A DNA stretch of 63,957 nt, filler included, from an uncultured bacterium (GTDB lineage Bacteria; Hinthialibacterota; Hinthialibacteria; Hinthialibacterales; Hinthialibacteraceae): the NCBI GenBank assembly GCA_964449065.1. It is 5 parts of 5 records of this genome, joined end to end, with 100 filler letters (N's around TTAATTAATTAA, not from the genome) between each part and the next. Parts side by side here need not be neighbours in the genome. Positions count along the whole stretch, not along the records: positions 1 to 13,857 come from CAYVAZ010000126.1; 4 more parts are not named here. One strand, written 5' to 3'. This document shows, in pieces, positions 1 through 10,485 of this stretch. A program made the position numbers and the translations under genes. The notes beneath the pieces were generated by a model that was not told the origin of the DNA, made no database searches, and saw nothing but the letters and a program-made list of their open reading frames with translations. Position 1 is the first letter of the stretch. Every line of letters begins with the position of its first letter.

Positions 1-108
1 GCAGAGATGGTCATGGTGGGCTACGCTTCGCTTTGAGCCCACCCTACAGTTTCATGATCCCGTATGATTGCGTGAAAGATCACTCACTTTTTACTTACAT
101 CTTGGTAT
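1..108. mobile_element. End of a TACC...GGTA-type MITE carrying a GTAG REP (cut by window start)
   Basis: Homologous to the element starting at 32396 (same strand) and at 60505 (reverse). Ends CTTGGTA followed by TTA; REP at 15-47. Confidence 0.7.
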
Positions 109-416
109 TATAAACGAAGGGATTGCGTTCTTCACAACCCCCTCTGTGTCTCCCCCAAACTTGGAGGATAAGATATCGCGTATCTAAGTGCAGGGCAGCT
201 ACGTGGGGGAAGGTCGCGCTTCGCTATGTGCCCAGCATACCCAACTGAACTATTTTCATTCTCGAAGGCGACCATGTCAGGCGCGGATATATTTCTTGGT
301 TCATTGAAACATTTAAGCATTATTGTTCGTTTTTATACCCAAGCAATTTGAGATTGGTTGCATATTGAATACTTAACATCCCCCTTTCGCTGGGCTTACG
401 CCGCGCTTATCAGTCA

Positions 417-1871
417 TTATTTATTTGAAGTGGTATTATTTCTCACAAACAAAATACGGTCATCGACTTCAAACGCGCCTTTTTCGGGTTTGTGGCCCAC
501 GCTGGGATAGGGATGCGAGCCGCCAATGGCATAGACGTGGAACCAGTAGTCTTTTCCCAATTCCGGCCCGTTTTGAAAGCGTTCGTTGAGAAGCGGGTTT
601 CCTTCTTTCCATTCCAATGTATGGGTATCGTTGTTTTTGGTCCCGGCCAGGAAAAACGATTCGTTCGATCCCGCCTCACGAAAATATACGTGGTATTCGT
701 TGGTGTTGGGGATATGCAGCCCCCATTTTAAGCGGATTTGCCGAACCGGTTTCCACGATTGATCATACAGCCGTATCGGTTCCGGCACGATTTCCCCTTG
801 CTCATTCAACACTTCAGAGTATCCGCGCAATTGATCGCGAATGATGGTGGAAAACAGCATTGAATTTGTGTAAATGCCAGGCAGCCGCAAATGTACTTTG
901 TCGGCAAACCATTCCAACTTGTCTTGAAATAGCGACCTTGTATCGATAACAGGGAGTTGGTGCTCCTCAGCGTATTCCAATAAAAAACGGCTATGCTGCT
1001 TAAGCATGTTGGTTTCCATTTCCGACATCCATTCGGGATGATAACTGATGGGCGCCAAAATCACCGAAGCCCCGCCGGCTTGCGCCAAGGTCACCATTGA
1101 ATCGATGTTGCGTTGAAACACATGCAGGGTTGAATCGGGCGGATTGACATTTACTTCCGTGACAGGCAATTGTTTACTCACGTAGTTTTGAATATCGAAC
1201 GGGGTCGTGCCTTTCATATACAAAATGCTGTTGACGGTGAAACTGTAGCAGGCGAAAAAACGCAGAATGAACCCGGTTTGATCTTTCCATGCGGTGCGGA
1301 AGTGAGAGTAATCCACAAAATAATCTTGGTAAATTCGGGGACGGATATCATTTACACCGTGATGGATCAGGACAAAGTCGGGTTGAAAATCCTGAACGCG
1401 AAGGGTGTAGTTGATGAGCGATTCCTGCGAGGTCCAACTGGCACAGCCGAAATCGAGCACTTCATACTGTTGGCCGTTGAAATCGCGTTCTAAATATTCG
1501 TCCATTAAGCGGGGGTGCGTGTTGTGAGTCGTTGAACCACCAATGCAGGCGATCCGTATGGTGTTTTTGGGTTTGTTAAAGGTAAAATGCTTGTCGAATA
1601 TATGGATTCCTTTATCCCCATAATGAGTATCGCTGCGTGTAAAGGCCATATAAGGATGCGGTTGAAAGATCATGCCGGATTCATCCAAGCGCACTTTTTC
1701 CAAATAGGTTGAGATTTCCGCATACAGCTGTGGATAGGCAATGCGGACATACAAGCGCACACCGATTTCGATCACAACTACCGTCAGCAGTGTGGAAAAT
1801 AGTGCCAAAGCAACATTGACCAGGATAGGGTGGTTTTTCACCAGTTTTGGATTTTGTTTACCGGTTGTCAT
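417..1871 (-). CDS. Membrane-anchored SGNH/GDSL hydrolase with C-terminal beta (Fn3-like) domain
   Basis: 484 aa; N-terminal TM helix; blocks GGSTT, HGVND, DKVH; paralog of 1889-3361. Confidence 0.8.
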   Translation of the reverse strand: MTTGKQNPKLVKNHPILVNVALALFSTLLTVVVIEIGVRLYVRIAYPQLYAEISTYLEKVRLDESGMIFQPHPYMAFTRSDTHYGDKGIHIFDKHFTFNKPKNTIRIACIGGSTTHNTHPRLMDEYLERDFNGQQYEVLDFGCASWTSQESLINYTLRVQDFQPDFVLIHHGVNDIRPRIYQDYFVDYSHFRTAWKDQTGFILRFFACYSFTVNSILYMKGTTPFDIQNYVSKQLPVTEVNVNPPDSTLHVFQRNIDSMVTLAQAGGASVILAPISYHPEWMSEMETNMLKQHSRFLLEYAEEHQLPVIDTRSLFQDKLEWFADKVHLRLPGIYTNSMLFSTIIRDQLRGYSEVLNEQGEIVPEPIRLYDQSWKPVRQIRLKWGLHIPNTNEYHVYFREAGSNESFFLAGTKNNDTHTLEWKEGNPLLNERFQNGPELGKDYWFHVYAIGGSHPYPSVGHKPEKGAFEVDDRILFVRNNTTSNK

Positions 1872-1888
1872 GACTTGAACATATACAC

Positions 1889-3361
1889 CTAATCGAGACT
1901 TGGCGCTTCCTGAAATACGATTCTGTCGTGGATTTCAAATACCCCTTTTTCAATCGTAGGGCCGACGGTTGGATACGGTTGTTCACCCCCAATGGCGAAT
2001 ACTTGAAAGCGGTAATCTGTGCCGAGTTTCGGCCCTGTTTGGAAATCCGAAGATATTGTGGGATTGTTTTGATACCAATCAACCGTTTGATGTTTTGTAT
2101 TCCTCACGTTTGCCAAAAAGCGGGGTTCATTTGAGTCAACTTCTTTCACATAAATATGATATTCCGAGGGTTTTGCAGAATCCATCGCCCATGTCAATTG
2201 GATTCGCCGCTTTGGAATCCAGCGTTCGTTATAGAGTTGAATCCGCTTTTGCTGAATGGAGCCATCGATTAATACAACGTCCGAGTATCCGCGCAGTAAA
2301 TCGCGAACGGCTGCGGTAAACAATTGAGTATTCATGAATATGCCGGGTGGATTCAAGTGTACGGAATCCAGAAACCAATCCCGGTTTTCCATCAATATCC
2401 ACTTGGTATCCACACAGGCCAGATTGTTCTTGGCGGCGTATTGCAGAAGGAATTGGCGGTGTTCATCCATGATTCCCGCTTCCATTTTGTTGATTTGTTC
2501 GGGGTGGTAATTCACCGGGGCAAGGATCACCCGCGTTCCACTTGCTTGCGCCAAGGACACCAGCGTGTCGATGTTGCGTTTGAAGGTTTGGATGGATTGC
2601 GGCGCGGCTTGCTTTCGTTTCTCGTAGGGAGGGAGGGGGCGAATGATATAATTCTGATCGGCGAAAGGTAAATTTCCTTTGAAGAATAAAATTCCATTGA
2701 CCAGCAAGTTGTAACGGGAAAGCCCTTGCAGCAGCCATCCGGTTTGATTGTGCCATGTAGTGCGGAAGTTGGTGTAATCGGGTTTAAATTCGCCCCAGAG
2801 TCTCGGGGGGACATCGTTCACGCTGTGATGCAAGAGGATGACATCCGGTGAAAAGGATTTCACCCGCACCAGATAATTGATGAGCGATTCCTGGGAAGTC
2901 CAACTGTCGCAGCCGAAATCCATTGATTCATAATTTGTGTTTCCAAAGTCATATTCCAAAAAGCGTTTGAGATGAATGGGATGCTGGTTCATTGTGGTTG
3001 AACCGCCAAGACTTGCAATGCGAATCGTGTTGTTTGGTTTTTGAAAGGTGAATTTGTTTTCTCCGATGTGAATTCCTTGTTTATCAAATCGCGTATCGGC
3101 ACGGGTAAAAGAGGTGTACGGGTGCGGCTGAAAACGCAAAGCGGAATGATCAGACCGGGCGATTTGTTGATAGGCAATCAATTCCGAGTAGAGTCGCGGT
3201 TTGATCAACCAAAGGCACCAGCGAAACGAAAACTCCAAAAGCAGAGAGGTAATCAAAAGGGAAAACACAGCAAGGGCGGTGTTGACCAGGACGGGATGCT
3301 TTTGAAAAAATAGACGGGTTGAAGATGCCATGGATCGCCGGATTGTGTGCTGAAGCGGCAT
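1889..3361 (-). CDS. Membrane-anchored SGNH/GDSL hydrolase with C-terminal beta (Fn3-like) domain
   Basis: 490 aa; TM helix; GGSTT, SWTSQESLINY, HSVND, DSVH; start could be 3331. Confidence 0.8.
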   Translation of the reverse strand: MPLQHTIRRSMASSTRLFFQKHPVLVNTALAVFSLLITSLLLEFSFRWCLWLIKPRLYSELIAYQQIARSDHSALRFQPHPYTSFTRADTRFDKQGIHIGENKFTFQKPNNTIRIASLGGSTTMNQHPIHLKRFLEYDFGNTNYESMDFGCDSWTSQESLINYLVRVKSFSPDVILLHHSVNDVPPRLWGEFKPDYTNFRTTWHNQTGWLLQGLSRYNLLVNGILFFKGNLPFADQNYIIRPLPPYEKRKQAAPQSIQTFKRNIDTLVSLAQASGTRVILAPVNYHPEQINKMEAGIMDEHRQFLLQYAAKNNLACVDTKWILMENRDWFLDSVHLNPPGIFMNTQLFTAAVRDLLRGYSDVVLIDGSIQQKRIQLYNERWIPKRRIQLTWAMDSAKPSEYHIYVKEVDSNEPRFLANVRNTKHQTVDWYQNNPTISSDFQTGPKLGTDYRFQVFAIGGEQPYPTVGPTIEKGVFEIHDRIVFQEAPSLD

Positions 3362-3369
3362 AGATCAAC

Positions 3370-6300
3370 CTACGCTTTTGCTTGGGATTCTTCGCTAGAA
3401 TATAGCCTGAAAATGAAACGGAAGAAGGACGCGAAGAGCCACACGATATCATCAATAATCATATAAAGCGACGGGACGATGAACAGAATGATAAACGTTC
3501 CGAATAAGATTCCGTAACCGAGTGAAAGGGCCATTGGGATTAAGAAGCGGGCTTGTGTTGAGGTTTCGAAGATCATCGGCGCCAACCCGGCGAAGGTGGT
3601 GATGGAGGTGAGGATGATGGGGCGGAAACGGCGGGTGCTGGCCAAGATGATGGATTGGAGGGTGCTTTCGCCTTTCTCCCGGGCTGTGTTTGCGGTCACG
3701 ACCATCACGAGAGAATCGTTCACAATCACCCCGGTCAGGGCGACCAATCCCATTACACTGATGAGACTGAGGTCATAGCCCATAATCATGTGTCCCCAAA
3801 CCGCGCCGACCATGCCGAAGGGGATGGCGCTCATCACCACCAGCGGCTGGATGTAGCTCTTAAACGGAATCGCCAGCATGGCGAAAATAACAATCAGCAC
3901 AAAAAGAAAGCCGGTGATCATGCTCGCGGTGGATTCCTGCCGCTCGCGCTGCTGGCCTTCATAAGAGACGCCGAGATTTTGATAGCGCTGCTGCAAATCC
4001 GGGATAATGTTTTCTTTTATGGAAGCCATAATTTCTTCAGCATTGGCGACTTTATCGTCAACATCCGCCGTAACGGTAACAACCCGTCTGCCGTCGGTGC
4101 GCTGAATTTCGGTATAGGCTCTACCGCGTTTGACTTCGGCGGCTTCCATGAGGGGGATTTCTTTGCCATCCGGCGTGCGAATGAGGAGGTCTTCGATGTC
4201 ATGCTCGGAGGTACGTTCTTGTTCGGGCAGTTTGACCATGACCCATACTTCATCGCGGCCGCGCTGCTGGCGGAAGGCGCGCGCGCCATAAAACGAGTTG
4301 CGAACTTGTGCGGCCAAATCGGCGGCAGTGATCCCCATGCTGCGGGCTTCTTCTTTGAGGGTGAGGTCGAATTGCGGTTTTCCTTCTTCGTAGCCGTCGT
4401 CGATGTCTTCCACCCCGGCAAAGGCCTCGATTTCGTTGGCTAAATCCGCGCCGGCTTGTTTGAGGATATTGATGTTGTTGTGGCTGAGCTGAACTTCAAT
4501 GGGTGAACCGGTACCCGGCCCGGTGCTGTAACTGAAGGTTAGCGATTCCAGATTGGACATGTTCCCCATGCGTTCGCGCCATTCGTTCGCGAATTGTGAG
4601 GCGGTAAAATCACGTTCTCCAGAAGGGATGAAATACACTTCGGCAGTAGCCAGATGGCTGTTGGAGGAACCGTCCCCACCTCTGCCGGTTGGGCTCCGGT
4701 TACCGATTAAGAAGCCGGTCGCGGATAGAGTTCCTCGTGTGACAGAGTTTCCACCGTACTCTTCGACGATAGCATTGGCGGTTTGCAAGAGTTTTTCTTT
4801 CACCTTTCGGGTTTCTTCTATCGGGCTGCCGAAGGGAAGCACCGCATCGGCGGTGACGTTGTCGCTATCGACTTTGGGGAAGAAGGTGAATTTTACCAAG
4901 CCGCCCGCAACCAAACCGCCGGTGAATACCACAGTCGCCAATCCCAATGCCAAAGTGGAGTAGCGGTTTTTGATGGCATAAGCCACCATCGGCTGATAGA
5001 TTTTGGCGATAATCCAATCCAAGATCCGGCTGATTTTTTGCTGATTCTGATCAATGATCGCGATGAAACCTTTTTTTCTGGGCATGCCCATGCTGGCCAT
5101 GTGCGAGGGCAGGATAAATAAAGACTCGACCCAAGAAATAATAAACACGACGATGACGGTTAAAGGAATAACGCTCCAAAACTTGCCGGAGACACCGGGG
5201 ATAAACAACAACGGCATAAACGCAACGATGTTGGTTAAGATAGAAAAGGTGATGGGCATGGCGATTTCCTGTGCGCCTTTAATCGCGGCCGCCAGCGGAG
5301 TAAAGCCTTGTTTGCGGTATTCGTAAATATTTTCGCCCACGACGATGGCGTCATCGACGATGATGCCCAGTGTTACGATAAAGGCGAATAGGGAAATCAT
5401 GTTAATGGAGACGCCGAGTCCCGGAAGAAACATGAACGTCCCGATGATGGAGATTGGGATACCCAGGGTGACCCAAAAGGCCAGGCGAATTTCCAAGAAC
5501 AACCCCAGAAGAAGCAGAACCAGCGCCAAACCGATAGAGAGGTTGCGCACCAGCAAATCGATCCGGTCGTTGTACATTTCCGAGGCATCGAACCAGTAGC
5601 CGACTTCCACATTGGCGGGAAGTTTTTGCTGTAGTTCTTTCATGTGTTGTTTTACCGCATTGGAAATGGCAATTGGTTTCTCATCGCCCATGCGAAACAC
5701 ATCAATAGAAACAGCGGGTTTTCCGTTGTAAAACAAGGCGACATCCGACTCGCGAAATCCATCGGTAATGGTTGCAATGTCTTCCAGGCGCACATCGGTG
5801 CCGTCCGGCAGGGTTTTGACCGGGATGTTTTGGAACTCGCTGCCGTAATCTCTGCGTTCGGCGGTACGCAGCAGCACTTCACCCGATTTGGTTTTCACGC
5901 CTCCGGCGGGGAGTTCAATCGCGGTTCGGTTGATTTCGTGGGCGATATCGCCCAAACGCAGGTTGTAGGCGCGCAGATTTTCTTGAGGCACTTCCACGCT
6001 GATTTCCAAATCGCGGATGCCGTTGATTTCGACAAATGTGATTTCCGGTTTGTTGAGCAATTCATCACGGACTTGATTGCCCAGTTGCCGTAAGACGTAT
6101 TCCGGCAGGTCACCGGCAAGCACCAACGAGATGACCCGAAAGCGGTTGGTGAGCAAGCTGACGATGGGGCGTTCCGCATCTTCCGGGAAGGATTGAATGC
6201 TGTCGATATTGTTTTTGACATCTTGCAGCAATTTGTTGGGGTCGGCGGAATTGAGCAGTTCGATATTAACGGAACCAGCGCCTTCAAAGGCGGTGGAATT

Positions 6301-6561
6301 GACTTGTTTGATGCCATCGAGGCCGCGAACTTCTTCTTCGATCGCGAGTAAGATTCCTTGTTCCACTTCGGCGGGGCCGGCACCGGGGTATGGAACGGCG
6401 ACGTTGATGATATCGAGTTCCACTTCCGGGAAGACTTCTTGGCGGACCTGGTTGATCATGATACAGCCGCCGATGATGAAGATCAGCATGAGCAGGTTGG
6501 CGGCGACATGGTTTTTCGCCATCCAGGCGATCGGCCCTTTTTCGGTTATGGTTGCCCGCAT
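3370..6561 (-). CDS. RND efflux permease (AcrB/AcrD/AcrF family)
   Basis: 1063 aa; GIIVDDAIVVGENI and RFRPIILTSITT motifs; 12-TM RND layout. Confidence 0.95.
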   Translation of the reverse strand: MRATITEKGPIAWMAKNHVAANLLMLIFIIGGCIMINQVRQEVFPEVELDIINVAVPYPGAGPAEVEQGILLAIEEEVRGLDGIKQVNSTAFEGAGSVNIELLNSADPNKLLQDVKNNIDSIQSFPEDAERPIVSLLTNRFRVISLVLAGDLPEYVLRQLGNQVRDELLNKPEITFVEINGIRDLEISVEVPQENLRAYNLRLGDIAHEINRTAIELPAGGVKTKSGEVLLRTAERRDYGSEFQNIPVKTLPDGTDVRLEDIATITDGFRESDVALFYNGKPAVSIDVFRMGDEKPIAISNAVKQHMKELQQKLPANVEVGYWFDASEMYNDRIDLLVRNLSIGLALVLLLLGLFLEIRLAFWVTLGIPISIIGTFMFLPGLGVSINMISLFAFIVTLGIIVDDAIVVGENIYEYRKQGFTPLAAAIKGAQEIAMPITFSILTNIVAFMPLLFIPGVSGKFWSVIPLTVIVVFIISWVESLFILPSHMASMGMPRKKGFIAIIDQNQQKISRILDWIIAKIYQPMVAYAIKNRYSTLALGLATVVFTGGLVAGGLVKFTFFPKVDSDNVTADAVLPFGSPIEETRKVKEKLLQTANAIVEEYGGNSVTRGTLSATGFLIGNRSPTGRGGDGSSNSHLATAEVYFIPSGERDFTASQFANEWRERMGNMSNLESLTFSYSTGPGTGSPIEVQLSHNNINILKQAGADLANEIEAFAGVEDIDDGYEEGKPQFDLTLKEEARSMGITAADLAAQVRNSFYGARAFRQQRGRDEVWVMVKLPEQERTSEHDIEDLLIRTPDGKEIPLMEAAEVKRGRAYTEIQRTDGRRVVTVTADVDDKVANAEEIMASIKENIIPDLQQRYQNLGVSYEGQQRERQESTASMITGFLFVLIVIFAMLAIPFKSYIQPLVVMSAIPFGMVGAVWGHMIMGYDLSLISVMGLVALTGVIVNDSLVMVVTANTAREKGESTLQSIILASTRRFRPIILTSITTFAGLAPMIFETSTQARFLIPMALSLGYGILFGTFIILFIVPSLYMIIDDIVWLFASFFRFIFRLYSSEESQAKA

Positions 6562-6571
6562 TGCATGTCTC

Positions 6572-7792
6572 CTAATTGGCGTCGACCACTTCGACAGAAC
6601 CTAAACCGCTCTCTTCGGATTCTTCGACCGCCAGTTTGATACCCGGCAGCGGGGTTGCTAAGATGCTGGTGACGATTTGCTGCCCTTCTTTCATGCCGCT
6701 GGAAACCAAGACATCCTCTTTGCGTTTACGGATGATTTCCACTTCTTGGATTTCCAAGCGGCCTTCCTGGTTGCGAATCCAAACGCGGTTGCCTTCACGA
6801 ATGGCCACTCTTGGGATTAAAAATACATCTTGAAGCGTTTTGCCTTTGATATGGGTATTCACAAACGAGTTTAAGAACATGGGTACGTTTTCTTCGTTGT
6901 GATTTTTTTTCATCCCCAAAGGATCTTCGACTTCAATCAAAACGCGTACCATACGGCCGGCGTTGCTCATATCACCTAACAAACGAACCGTTGTTCCTGT
7001 GTATTCATAGCGCAACGGGCCGGCATCGTAGATGACCTCGACTTCAGAGGACTCATCGCCGTTCAGTCCCGGCACAAAGACATAAGGCAAATCTTCGGAT
7101 TCGATTTTGGTATCCACCCAGTACTTGTCAGTACCGACTAGAGTGGCGATTTGGGTTTGCGGATTGACAACCTGGCCGACATCGACGTTTTCGTTCAATA
7201 CCCAGCAGTTGAAGGGGGCTGTGATTTCGGTGCGCTCTAAGTCCAACTTGGCGTCTTTCAGCGCACTGTGGGCGGATTTTAATGCCGCTTTGGCGGACCG
7301 GATGTGCGGTTCCCGCAATGCGAGAGAGCGTCCGGCTTTTGTGGTTTCGAGTTCCTTGCCAAGCAGTTCCCATTCGCGTTTGGCGACGGTTTGTCTTCCT
7401 TCTTCTTCTTCCAAACGCATTTGGGCTAGTTCGACCCGTTCGTTCAATTGGTCAACAATATATTGAAAATCCCGGGGATCGATCCGCAGCAGAACCTCTC
7501 CTTTTTGAAAGATGCCGCCCGGGATTAAATTGGGATGGATATCGATCACTTCACCGCTGACTTGCGCTTGCAGCATAATCTGTTTTGCGGGACGAACTTC
7601 ACCGCTGCCTTCGATTACCACTTCATAATCGCCTCGTTCGGCGGAGATAACCTGCACGGGGATTTCCGGTTCGGAGATGTTTTCTTTGGCGGGCACCGGG
7701 CGGTTGATGACCATATACCATGCGGCGAAACCGGCGCCGCTCAGCACCGCGACCGGGAACAGGATTTTCAACAAGAGTTTGACAAATTTCAT
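6572..7792 (-). CDS. RND periplasmic adaptor (MFP)
   Basis: N-terminal anchor, QVSGEV lipoyl half, coiled coil, LERTEITAPF. Confidence 0.92.
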   Translation of the reverse strand: MKFVKLLLKILFPVAVLSGAGFAAWYMVINRPVPAKENISEPEIPVQVISAERGDYEVVIEGSGEVRPAKQIMLQAQVSGEVIDIHPNLIPGGIFQKGEVLLRIDPRDFQYIVDQLNERVELAQMRLEEEEGRQTVAKREWELLGKELETTKAGRSLALREPHIRSAKAALKSAHSALKDAKLDLERTEITAPFNCWVLNENVDVGQVVNPQTQIATLVGTDKYWVDTKIESEDLPYVFVPGLNGDESSEVEVIYDAGPLRYEYTGTTVRLLGDMSNAGRMVRVLIEVEDPLGMKKNHNEENVPMFLNSFVNTHIKGKTLQDVFLIPRVAIREGNRVWIRNQEGRLEIQEVEIIRKRKEDVLVSSGMKEGQQIVTSILATPLPGIKLAVEESEESGLGSVEVVDAN

Positions 7793-9258
7793 ACGGATTC
7801 ATCCTTTTGGGTAATCTGCATTGGATCATCGGAGTGCTTTAATTGGCTCATCCATGTCCCGCCCAGGGCTTCGTATAAGTCTACCCGAAATATCAGTAAA
7901 TCCCGCCGGTCGCTTAGCAATTGGCGTTCCAAACGCTGCGTTTCAATTAGCGCCGTTAAAACCGGTAAAAAATCACTTAACCCGTTTAAAAAACGGGATT
8001 GCGATTCGGTTAGTGTTTGCCGGGCGACATTCAATTGATTTTGAATAGCATCCACCCGTTCTTTTTGTTTGCGCTCTTGAATGATGGCGTTTTCGATTTC
8101 GTGCAGCGCGGTTAAGACGGTTTCTTGGTATTGGAAGAGTCGTTCCCGCCAAATGGCTTTGTTCCGTTCGATTTCGGCTTTACGGCGTTCGCCGTCGATG
8201 ATGGGGGTTACGATTCCGGCGGCGATGTTCCATAGCGTGTCATCAAAAACGTCTTCGATACGGCCGGTTTGAAAGCCCGCCTGGCCGGTCAGCCGAAGGG
8301 TAGGGTAACGGTCGGCGATGGCTGAGGCGACGCGGTAATCGGCCGCGACGATTTGGTGGTGTAAAGACCGCACATCCGGGCGCTGCATCAACACGTCTCC
8401 CGGAACACCTGTTTGAGGAATTGGCGGCATATCGGGCAATTGGGAGGGGATGTTTTCTATGTTGTATTCCGGAGTTTCACCGAGAAGAAGCGAGAGTTGG
8501 TTTTCAAAGACTTCGATATTGGATTCAATGATGGGGAATTGTGATTCTACGGATGCCAACTGGCCGCGCTGCTGGTAGACATCAACGGCGGTTGCCCTGC
8601 CCTGGCTAAAGCGCAGTTCGTTGAGCTCGAGAAAGGTTTGGCTGGATTTCAGTTGTTCGTTCAGTAGAGCGAGTTGGGCTTTTTGTTCAACGATAAACAA
8701 CCAGCGTTCGGTCACCAAAGCGGATAGGGCCAATGCGGTGGATTCGAGGGTTTCGCGGTTGGCATGATAATCAAACACGGCGGCCTGCTGCTGCGATTCG
8801 ATGCGCTTCCATAAATCGACTTCATAGGCGGCGGATAGATTGAGGGCAAAGCGGTCGGTGTTGGAGGAAAAGCGGCCTTGGTCGGATTCGGTGCGGCTGA
8901 TTTCTTCGTTGAGATTGACTTGCGGGTAGAGTTCGGCGCCGGAGATTTTGAGGAGAGCGGCGAATTGTCCTAGACGCGCCCAAGCGGTTTTTAGGTCGTA
9001 GTTGTTTTGTAACGCAATGTTGACAACGCGGGAGAGTTCACCGCTTTCGAAGGATTCCCACCAGCGGTCAATGCGTTCTTCTTCGCCGGATTCGGAGAAG
9101 AACGCGGGGACGAATTCGGGGAGTTTCACTTCTTCGCGCACCGGATGCACCGCGCAGGAAATAAGGCCGATACTAATTAGGATACCTGTTAGGCCGTTCT
9201 TAATGTTATTCATTTTATCCATTGTTCTGTTGCTGATGTTACTTTTGCTCCAAACCAT
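7789..9258 (-). CDS. Outer membrane efflux lipoprotein (NodT/TolC family)
   Basis: Lipobox-like LISC; YEVDLW, RPDV and LYEALGG motifs; true start may be an internal Met. Confidence 0.92.
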   Translation of the reverse strand: MVWSKSNISNRTMDKMNNIKNGLTGILISIGLISCAVHPVREEVKLPEFVPAFFSESGEEERIDRWWESFESGELSRVVNIALQNNYDLKTAWARLGQFAALLKISGAELYPQVNLNEEISRTESDQGRFSSNTDRFALNLSAAYEVDLWKRIESQQQAAVFDYHANRETLESTALALSALVTERWLFIVEQKAQLALLNEQLKSSQTFLELNELRFSQGRATAVDVYQQRGQLASVESQFPIIESNIEVFENQLSLLLGETPEYNIENIPSQLPDMPPIPQTGVPGDVLMQRPDVRSLHHQIVAADYRVASAIADRYPTLRLTGQAGFQTGRIEDVFDDTLWNIAAGIVTPIIDGERRKAEIERNKAIWRERLFQYQETVLTALHEIENAIIQERKQKERVDAIQNQLNVARQTLTESQSRFLNGLSDFLPVLTALIETQRLERQLLSDRRDLLIFRVDLYEALGGTWMSQLKHSDDPMQITQKDESV

Positions 9259-9807
9259 TCAAGCCGATTTCAATCCTTGATCTTCAACTTCATCATCGAC
9301 ATTAAACCAGCCGATTTGTCCCTGTATTTTATATAGCATTTTAATAAAGCGGCCGCGTTCACGTACAGATAAATCGCTCATCAGGCCGGAAATGCAGCGA
9401 AAATGACCGGGGATAATTTCATTCAAGAACTCTCTCCCTTTTTGGGTGAGATAGGTTAGCACTTCGCGGCGGTTGACGGCATCCATCTCGCGGCGGACAT
9501 AGCCTTCTTGTTCAAGCCCTGTGATTAAGCCGGTCATGGTGGCGCGCGATACGCCTGCCCGTTCGGAGAGGAAAGAAGGTTTTTGCCCCTGCTCTGGATC
9601 CATGTTCAGCAGCATTAATACCATGAAGCGCGCGGGTGAGATGCCGTGGCGGTTTAGCCGGGCGGTCGCGGCGTTCAGTATATCCGCCGATACCCTGAGA
9701 AGTATTAAGTATGCCTCCACGGCGGAAGGGTCAACTTCCGCGTAGCGTTCCACCATCGCTTTGAGGGTTTCGTGTTTGGGAATGTCTTGCAGCGTAAATT
9801 CTGTCAT
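9259..9807 (-). CDS. MarR family transcriptional regulator
   Basis: wHTH VSRATMTGLITGLE...NRREVLTYLTQKG; first gene of the efflux operon. Confidence 0.92.
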   Translation of the reverse strand: MTEFTLQDIPKHETLKAMVERYAEVDPSAVEAYLILLRVSADILNAATARLNRHGISPARFMVLMLLNMDPEQGQKPSFLSERAGVSRATMTGLITGLEQEGYVRREMDAVNRREVLTYLTQKGREFLNEIIPGHFRCISGLMSDLSVRERGRFIKMLYKIQGQIGWFNVDDEVEDQGLKSA

Positions 9808-9831
9808 GGGGTTTTTCTTTGGTTAGACTGC

Positions 9832-9855
9832 AAATAGTTAGGATCCGAACTATTT
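9832..9855. promoter_or_regulatory. Putative MarR operator palindrome
   Basis: AAATAGTT-A-GGATCC-G-AACTATTT, a 24-bp palindrome with one mismatched pair, about 25 nt upstream of the marR start. Confidence 0.65.
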
Positions 9856-9966
9856 TATATCTTTTCATTTTTGATGCAAGAAGAATCCAATATAAAGTTG
9901 TATGATCTGTGAAATGAATGGCGAATTTATCGTATAGTAGGTTTAGAGGGGAATATTGAGGATGAA

Positions 9967-10239
9967 ATGAAATTACAACCATATAAGCCTATTCCAAAGC
10001 ATAAGACCGATTTTTTGACGTATGCCGTGCGGTTTGTGTGCGGGTTTATTTTCGGCTGTTTGGCCGGGGCGATGTGTGTATCCCGGCATGTCATGCGGGG
10101 ATGGCCTGCATTGACTGCTGACAGAGATATTGATGTCAATATTTATTTCATTCTGCTTGTCGTGAGTGTTGGCTTTTTTATTGGGATGTTATCTGCTATT
10201 TTTGGCGACCGGTTTTGGAAGGTGTTTGAACGAAGGTAG
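9967..10239 (+). CDS. Small 2-TM hypothetical protein (paralog of 11700-12002)
   Basis: GAGG RBS; shares PY.P..K.KTD.LTY..RFV.G..FG and FGD.FW with its paralog. Confidence 0.75.
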   Translation: MKLQPYKPIPKHKTDFLTYAVRFVCGFIFGCLAGAMCVSRHVMRGWPALTADRDIDVNIYFILLVVSVGFFIGMLSAIFGDRFWKVFERR

Positions 10240-10351
10240 CGGATTAGCGGTTTGATGTAGTATATAGATCGTTTTATTTCCCAATGCAATGGGGATGTTA
10301 AGAGAGAGTTAAGTTATTTTTTACATTATCCAATCCACCCTCCCCTAACCC

Positions 10352-10485
10352 CAATGTCGGGACGTTAAGGAATACACTCCTCACCCAGCCTTTAAAGGCT
10401 GGGCTATTCGAAACTCTCCCAAAAGGGACATCTGTAATAGCCCAGGGTTTTAACCCTGGGACTTAGGCTTATCTTAATGACATTG
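10352..10485. mobile_element. IS4-like MITE containing a palindromic REP pair
   Basis: Ends CAATGTCGGGACGTTAAG / CTTAATGACATTG; degenerate 10-bp flanks CCCCTAACCC / CATCTAACCC; internal CCCAGCCTTTAAAGGCTGGG and CCCAGGGTTTTAACCCTGGG hairpins. Confidence 0.6.

Noticed and set aside
3596..9280. Many antisense and alternative-frame ORFs over long genes (here and throughout)
   Set aside because: Shadow ORFs of well-supported genes, with no motifs or RBS support.
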